A DNA stretch of 64,000 bases from Porphyromonadaceae bacterium UBA7087 (lineage in GTDB: Bacteria; Bacteroidota; Bacteroidia; Bacteroidales; Muribaculaceae): NCBI GenBank assembly GCA_002493515.1, contig DKYZ01000084.1, positions 9 to 64,008 of the forward strand, in the 5' to 3' direction. Made by a program: the position numbers and the translations under genes. Positions 59,055-64,000 of this stretch are shown one piece after another (the stretch's first letter is position 1; each line of letters starts with the position of its first letter). The notes under the pieces are model-generated. The model did no database searches and was not told the DNA's origin. It saw only the letters and a list, made by a program, of their open reading frames with translations.

Positions 59055-60653
59055 ATGAGTGCTTTTTCAATTGTAGTCTACTCCCTCTGCGCCGTTTATA
59101 TGGTGCTGAATTTCAAATACGACATCCAGATGCTCCAGCAGAACAGCTACCGCATCCCGCGCTACTGGAAATGGCTGCGGTCAAACATCGGCAGCTCCTG
59201 GCGGCTGGTGGACGTGGCTCTGCTGTTTCTGCTCTGGTCTGTGCTTCTGGATGTACGCCTGTCGATGCTGATAATAGCTGCGGCATGCCTTACTAAAATC
59301 TGGATCATTCTGACGCGGAAATACAAGAAACCGCTCGCTTTCACGCGCCGCGTCTGGAGAATATATTCAGTAACCGCGCTGCTTTCGCTCGGCGGATTCA
59401 TCGCGGTGGCGGTATGCTGCGGTTCCCGGCCAGACATCTGGGGATTATATCCCGCTCCCGTCATCACCCTCGGCACTCTGCTGCTCATCACGATTCTCTC
59501 ATGGGCCGTGGTGATTCTGGCCGTAATCATCCTGATGCCGGTAGAGAATGCGATCAACCGCCGCTATTGGAACGACGCCGACCGTATACTCCGCTCTATG
59601 CCCGACCTGACCGTGATAGGAATTACGGGCTCATATGGCAAGACAAGCACAAAGCATTATCTCAACCGCATCCTTTCCGAGAGTTTCGACGTGCTGATGA
59701 CTCCCGGCTCATACAATACTCCCATGGGTGTGATACGCACCGTCAGGGAGATGATGAAGCCCTTCAACCAGATTTTCATCTGTGAGATGGGAGCAAAGCA
59801 GAAGGGCGACATTAAGGAGATCTGCGACCTCGTGCATCCCGACATGGGCATCATCACCGCTGTCGGTCCGATGCATCTGGAATCATTCAAATCGATAGAG
59901 AATGTTCAGTCTACCAAGTTCGAGCTTGCCGACGCTCTTCCGGCCGGTGGCGTGGCTGTGATCAACAATGATTTCGAATACTGTGCCAACCGGCCTGTCA
60001 ACAACACCACGGCGCTCCGTTACGGTGTGATGTCGAGTGACGGTTGTCAGTATTTCGCCTCGGATGTGGTTTATGGTCCCGACGGCACTACATTCATTGT
60101 GAACGGTCCGGACGGCCTGAGACTTCCCCTTGCCACCAGCCTGCTCGGGGAATGCAATGTCTCCGACCTTCTTGCGGCAGTGATAATCGCCCTTCGGCTC
60201 GGTGTGCCTCATGAGAAGATTCAGTATGCCGTGGCCTCCATAGAACAGGTGGAGCATCGTCTGAGCATGGCCCGCACGCCGGCCGGAGTGACAATAATCG
60301 ACGATGCCTTCAACTCCAACCCTGCCGGATCGAAGATGGCGGTCGATGTGCTGTCGCATTTCAAAGGCGGCAAACGTATAATCGTCACCCCCGGCATGAT
60401 AGAGCTGGGTTCCGAGCAGAAAGCGCTCAATGAGAAATTCGGCGAGTATATCGGAAAAGGGGTGGATGTGGTTATCGTGGTAGGTGAATACAACCGCGAG
60501 GCAATCATGGCCGGGATACGCAAAGCCGGATTCAAGGAGGATAACCTGTATCCTGTGGCATCCTTTGCCGAGGCTCAGAAACTGCTCTCCACCCTCCTCG
60601 CTCCCGGCGATACCGTGCTCTACGAGAACGACCTCCCGGACACTTTCAAATAA
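59055..60653 (+). CDS. MurF-like Mur ligase with N-terminal TM segments
   Basis: GITGSYGKTSTK, SYNT, EMGA, DDAFNSNP and PGMIELG. Confidence 0.85.
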   Translation: MSAFSIVVYSLCAVYMVLNFKYDIQMLQQNSYRIPRYWKWLRSNIGSSWRLVDVALLFLLWSVLLDVRLSMLIIAAACLTKIWIILTRKYKKPLAFTRRVWRIYSVTALLSLGGFIAVAVCCGSRPDIWGLYPAPVITLGTLLLITILSWAVVILAVIILMPVENAINRRYWNDADRILRSMPDLTVIGITGSYGKTSTKHYLNRILSESFDVLMTPGSYNTPMGVIRTVREMMKPFNQIFICEMGAKQKGDIKEICDLVHPDMGIITAVGPMHLESFKSIENVQSTKFELADALPAGGVAVINNDFEYCANRPVNNTTALRYGVMSSDGCQYFASDVVYGPDGTTFIVNGPDGLRLPLATSLLGECNVSDLLAAVIIALRLGVPHEKIQYAVASIEQVEHRLSMARTPAGVTIIDDAFNSNPAGSKMAVDVLSHFKGGKRIIVTPGMIELGSEQKALNEKFGEYIGKGVDVVIVVGEYNREAIMAGIRKAGFKEDNLYPVASFAEAQKLLSTLLAPGDTVLYENDLPDTFK

Positions 60654-60657
60654 TAAT

Positions 60658-61035
60658 ATGCTCCGGATTCTGTATGTAGCGGTTGGAAGCGCATTGGGTG
60701 GAGTGGCACGGTATCTGGTGACCAAAATAATACAGCAGCATATCGCAACCCCCTTCCCCTGGGGCACGTTCGCCGTCAATATTATCGGGTGCCTCGTCAT
60801 CGGTCTGATTTATGGTCTGGCTGACCGGGGTCTGAATATCAATGCCGATCTGAAGCTTTTCCTGACGGTCGGGTTTTGCGGCAGTTTCACCACTTTCTCA
60901 ACATTCGCGCATGAGAACTATCTCCTCTTCGATTCGGGAAATATCCTTACGGTGGCCATTTACGCCTCACTGAGTCTTTTTGCCGGCATAGTGGCTGCAT
61001 ACGGTGGACATGCTCTGGCAAACATAAACTTTTAA
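60658..61035 (+). CDS. crcB: Fluoride channel CrcB/FluC
   Basis: GSALGGVARY, FPWGTFAVN and GFCGSFTTFSTF. Confidence 0.93.
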   Translation: MLRILYVAVGSALGGVARYLVTKIIQQHIATPFPWGTFAVNIIGCLVIGLIYGLADRGLNINADLKLFLTVGFCGSFTTFSTFAHENYLLFDSGNILTVAIYASLSLFAGIVAAYGGHALANINF

Positions 61036-61046
61036 TCCGTACGTCA

Positions 61047-61940
61047 ATGATCAAAAACAGGGAAAAAGAGATTTACAAGGTTACGCTGACTGGCAGCGTC
61101 GTCAACCTGTTGCTTCTTGCATTTAAGTTCGTAGCGGGATTCGTGGGCCACAGCTCCGCGATGATAGCCGATGCCGTCCATTCTCTGTCCGACTTCATCA
61201 CCGACGTGATCGTGATAGTATTTGTCAGGATAGCCGGGAAACCGGTGGACGAGGATCACGAATACGGTCACGGCAAATATGAGACTCTCGCCTCTGTGAT
61301 TGTCGGCATCATGCTTGCCGTGGTGGGTGTGGGATTGGCTGTAAACGGAGTGGAGAAGACCATCGCGTTCTTCAAAGGGGAACCCCTTGAATCTCCTGGC
61401 ATGATTGCCCTTGTAGCGGCCCTGCTGTCGATTTTCGCAAAGGAAGTGCTCTATCAGTATACGGTGATTCGCGGCAGGAAGCTCAACTCCCCGGCTCTTG
61501 TGGCAAATGCCTGGCATCACCGCAGCGACGCCATGACATCAATTGCCACTCTAATCGGCATCGGAGGCGCGATGCTTCTCGGCCAGCGTTGGAACGTATT
61601 GGACCCGCTCGCGGCCGTGGTGGTAAGCGTCTTCATCCTCAAGGCGGCTTTTTCCCTGATGAAGCCCGGCGTGGACGAGCTTCTCGAGAAGTCGCTGCCT
61701 GACAAGGATAAAAATGAAATCGCGGCTATAATGACCGCGACTCCCGGTGTGGTGGCGTTCCATAGGCTTCGCACACGCCGCATAGGTTCCAAAGTGGCAA
61801 TAGATGCCCACGTAAAGATGGGTGGCTCGCTTTCGCTCAGACAGGCCCACGACATTGCCTCAGAAATCGAACGTTCACTGAAACAACGCTTCGGACCCGA
61901 TACCTACATCGGTATCCACATGGAGCCAGCAGATAGATAA
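61047..61940 (+). CDS. Cation diffusion facilitator (FieF-like)
   Basis: ADAVHSLSD, HEYGHGKYE, AWHHRSD and IHMEP. Confidence 0.92.
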   Translation: MIKNREKEIYKVTLTGSVVNLLLLAFKFVAGFVGHSSAMIADAVHSLSDFITDVIVIVFVRIAGKPVDEDHEYGHGKYETLASVIVGIMLAVVGVGLAVNGVEKTIAFFKGEPLESPGMIALVAALLSIFAKEVLYQYTVIRGRKLNSPALVANAWHHRSDAMTSIATLIGIGGAMLLGQRWNVLDPLAAVVVSVFILKAAFSLMKPGVDELLEKSLPDKDKNEIAAIMTATPGVVAFHRLRTRRIGSKVAIDAHVKMGGSLSLRQAHDIASEIERSLKQRFGPDTYIGIHMEPADR

Positions 61941-61941
61941 G

Positions 61942-61970
61942 AATGGCCGGGACTCAATGCCCCGGCCATT
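61942..61970. terminator. Bidirectional terminator
   Basis: AATGGCCGGG / CCCGGCCATT inverted repeat between convergent genes. Confidence 0.7.
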
Positions 61971-61976
61971 GTCATT

Positions 61977-62528
61977 TCATTCTCTTCTCAGCGCCTTGTA
62001 ATCGCACATGAACTCCCTGAACTTCATCGTTCCGATCACTCCGCCAACCAAGGCTCCGAGACAAACTCCTACCAGCGCCGGCAACTCTTTTGAAAACAGC
62101 CATATCATAAATCCTACAAAACCGATCGCGAACGGCATAAGCACCATCACACACTGCAGATGCAGCTTCCGGCAGTCCATCGCCCGCCCGATTACCTCTG
62201 CCGTGGGCATCCTGTAGATGTCGATATCCCTCACCTTGTTGTGCAGATGCCAGTCCATAATCCCGCAGGCCAGGAAATAGACAACAAGGAAGATTGACAT
62301 TGGCACTCGTACACTCTCGTCGAAAATCGGATTCGTGGTCCAGACCAGACTAATCCCGGCAAACACGAACGCTATGGTATAGAATCTTCTGTATCTGTCG
62401 GCAAGACGCATCAGCGCCGTCTTGCGCTCGCCTCTCAGAATCTCCGGCGACAATGCCGAGTCAAGCAGGCTCCCGTTATCCCCGGCGCCACTCTTGCGCC
62501 AGCTCTCTTTCATTCTTTCTTCATCCAT
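61977..62528 (-). CDS. Four-TM membrane protein, probable anti-sigma partner
   Basis: Immediately after the ECF sigma gene; MDEERMKESW N-terminus; four hydrophobic segments. Confidence 0.65.
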   Translation of the reverse strand: MDEERMKESWRKSGAGDNGSLLDSALSPEILRGERKTALMRLADRYRRFYTIAFVFAGISLVWTTNPIFDESVRVPMSIFLVVYFLACGIMDWHLHNKVRDIDIYRMPTAEVIGRAMDCRKLHLQCVMVLMPFAIGFVGFMIWLFSKELPALVGVCLGALVGGVIGTMKFREFMCDYKALRRE

Positions 62529-62531
62529 AAC

Positions 62532-63149
62532 TCAGATATTTTCTTTTTCAATGATTGTTCTCAATTTATCCTTTGTCCTCCGTATACGCGTCGCTACAGT
62601 GTTACGCTTCATTCCCATCACATCCGCAATCTCGTCGTAAGACAGGTCTTCAAGCCACATCACTATTATCGCGCGGTCAATCTCCGGCAGCTCCCCCACC
62701 AATGTCCGGAGCCATTCAGAATCATCCATCCCGTCCCCCCTGTCGGGCAAGACATTCCCCATCGACATGACATCCACGAACTCACCCTTGGGACGCTTCC
62801 GGTATGTTGACACACACGTATTCAGCGTCACCCGGTATAGCCACGTCCTCAACTCCGACTCATTGCGGAAACTTTGCAGCCCGCGCCATATATTCACCAG
62901 GGCATCCTGCCTGAGGTCATCAAAATCCCCCTCACGATAAGAAAACGACCTGCATATACGGTTGATCGTCTCCCCATGACTCTCCACCAACTCAATAAAA
63001 CGTGCCTCCTCCCTACATCTCTCCGCCGTAAGCCCGGAAGCCGCCGTCAGCATCCTCCACACCCATCCACTGAGCCTGCCGATCCAACCAGCCCTCCAGT
63101 CAACCGGCCCCATCCCATCCCACGCCCTGTCATCTACTGTTATTGTCAT
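62532..63149 (-). CDS. ECF sigma-70 factor with N-terminal extension
   Basis: DDLRQD, TWLYRVTLNT (region 2); LSYDEIADVMG and VATRIRR (region 4). Confidence 0.9.
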   Translation of the reverse strand: MTITVDDRAWDGMGPVDWRAGWIGRLSGWVWRMLTAASGLTAERCREEARFIELVESHGETINRICRSFSYREGDFDDLRQDALVNIWRGLQSFRNESELRTWLYRVTLNTCVSTYRKRPKGEFVDVMSMGNVLPDRGDGMDDSEWLRTLVGELPEIDRAIIVMWLEDLSYDEIADVMGMKRNTVATRIRRTKDKLRTIIEKENI

Positions 63150-63171
63150 TTTTTCTCAACGTTTTTACCCA

Positions 63172-63200
63172 TTTGACCCCCCACCCTCCGATAAGTTTCA
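63172..63200 (-). promoter_or_regulatory. Putative ECF autoregulated promoter
   Basis: Minus strand TGAAAC-N17-GTCAAA just upstream of the ECF gene. Confidence 0.5.
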
Positions 63201-63320
63201 TCAAGCCCCGAAAAAATCCCCAGGCCCCTCTGACGCAATTCCCTTAATCCGGAAAAATTTATTAACTTTGCATTTCAAGGTTGCCTTCATATGTGAGTAT
63301 GGCATTATTTTTTCAGCACT

Positions 63321-64000
63321 ATGATTACAGGACAGATAAAGAACCAGATAGACCAGATATGGGAAACCTTCTGGACGGGAGGTATCACCAACTCCATTAC
63401 GCTTCTTGAACAGATGACCTATCTGCTGTTCATGAAGATGCTCGATGACGCCCAGATCCGGCAGGAGAGCAAGGCTTCGGCTTTGGGCACTCATGTCAGT
63501 GAGCCGATGTTCGACTATGGTACATGGCATAATCCCGAAACCGATCAGGATGTGGCGATGGCTGATCTACGCTGGAGCAATTTCCGACATTTCGAGCCGG
63601 AGAAGATGTATCGTGTGGTAAGCCGTGACGTGTTTTCCTACATAAAACATCTTAACCGGGGCAAACAGTCGGCCTATTCACGGTTTATGAAGGATGCTGT
63701 CTTTATGATTCAGAATCCTCGCACTCTTGTCAAGGTGGTGGACGGAATCAGCGCACTCGACATGAACAACCGCGATGCGATGGGCGATGTATATGAATAT
63801 GTGCTCGGCAAGATGGCGGCAAGCGGCACCAACGGGCAGTTCCGTACTCCCCGCCACATTATACGCATGATGGTGGAACTGATGCAGCCGACACTCGACG
63901 ATACTATCTGCGACCCGGCGATGGGCAGCGCCGGATTCATAGTGGAGAGTGCCAAATACGTTCAGGAGCATTATAAGAGGGAACTCGCCAAGAAGTCTGT
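63321..64000 (+). CDS. hsdM: Type I restriction-modification M subunit (partial, runs off the window)
   Basis: Translated by hand because it is absent from the ORF track: MITGQIKNQIDQIWETFWTGG..EQMTYLLF, GDVYEY, GQFRTPRHI and DPAMGSAGF; TAACTTTG promoter at 63263-63270. Confidence 0.92.
   Translation, partial: MITGQIKNQIDQIWETFWTGGITNSITLLEQMTYLLFMKMLDDAQIRQESKASALGTHVSEPMFDYGTWHNPETDQDVAMADLRWSNFRHFEPEKMYRVVSRDVFSYIKHLNRGKQSAYSRFMKDAVFMIQNPRTLVKVVDGISALDMNNRDAMGDVYEYVLGKMAASGTNGQFRTPRHIIRMMVELMQPTLDDTICDPAMGSAGFIVESAKYVQEHYKRELAKKS

Noticed and set aside
1-64000. tRNA, rRNA, prophage or integrase
   Set aside because: No cloverleaf, rRNA-like or phage/integrase sequence recognised in the intergenic regions or ORFs

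Overview
A mostly housekeeping chromosomal segment from a Bacteroidales bacterium. Bacteroidales is indicated by TAnnTTTG -7 promoters, GLPGLI, DUF3127/DUF4290-type genes and a GT3 glycogen synthase; Muribaculaceae is only an inference. It holds about 55 complete genes plus the start of a type I R-M methyltransferase (hsdM) that runs off the right edge. Core genes: uvrD/pcrA, nspC, rimM, murA, tsaB, rarA, serC-serA, folE, tpiA, glgP with glycogen synthase, rsmG, gcvT-H-PA-PB-lpdA, htpG, ligA, a murF-like ligase and crcB. A more accessory central block (about 26-38.8 kb) holds a frameshifted lipoprotein, BlaI/M56-TonB, a two-component system divergent from a GLPGLI plus outer-membrane barrel pair, a REP-associated tyrosine transposase (RAYT) and a beta-helix protein. 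The most striking feature is the RAYT gene: six GTAG-type 23-nt REP palindromes form two inverted clusters, five are translated in frame within the transposase, and one cluster brackets its start codon. Other signals are four 11-bp-phased boxes before GLPGLI, tandem BlaI-type operators, a sigma54-type promoter before htpG, an Asp/Trp repeat loop in an OMP and an in-frame TAG in the LMW phosphatase. No tRNA, rRNA or CRISPR array was seen. All family calls come from motif recognition, not database searches.
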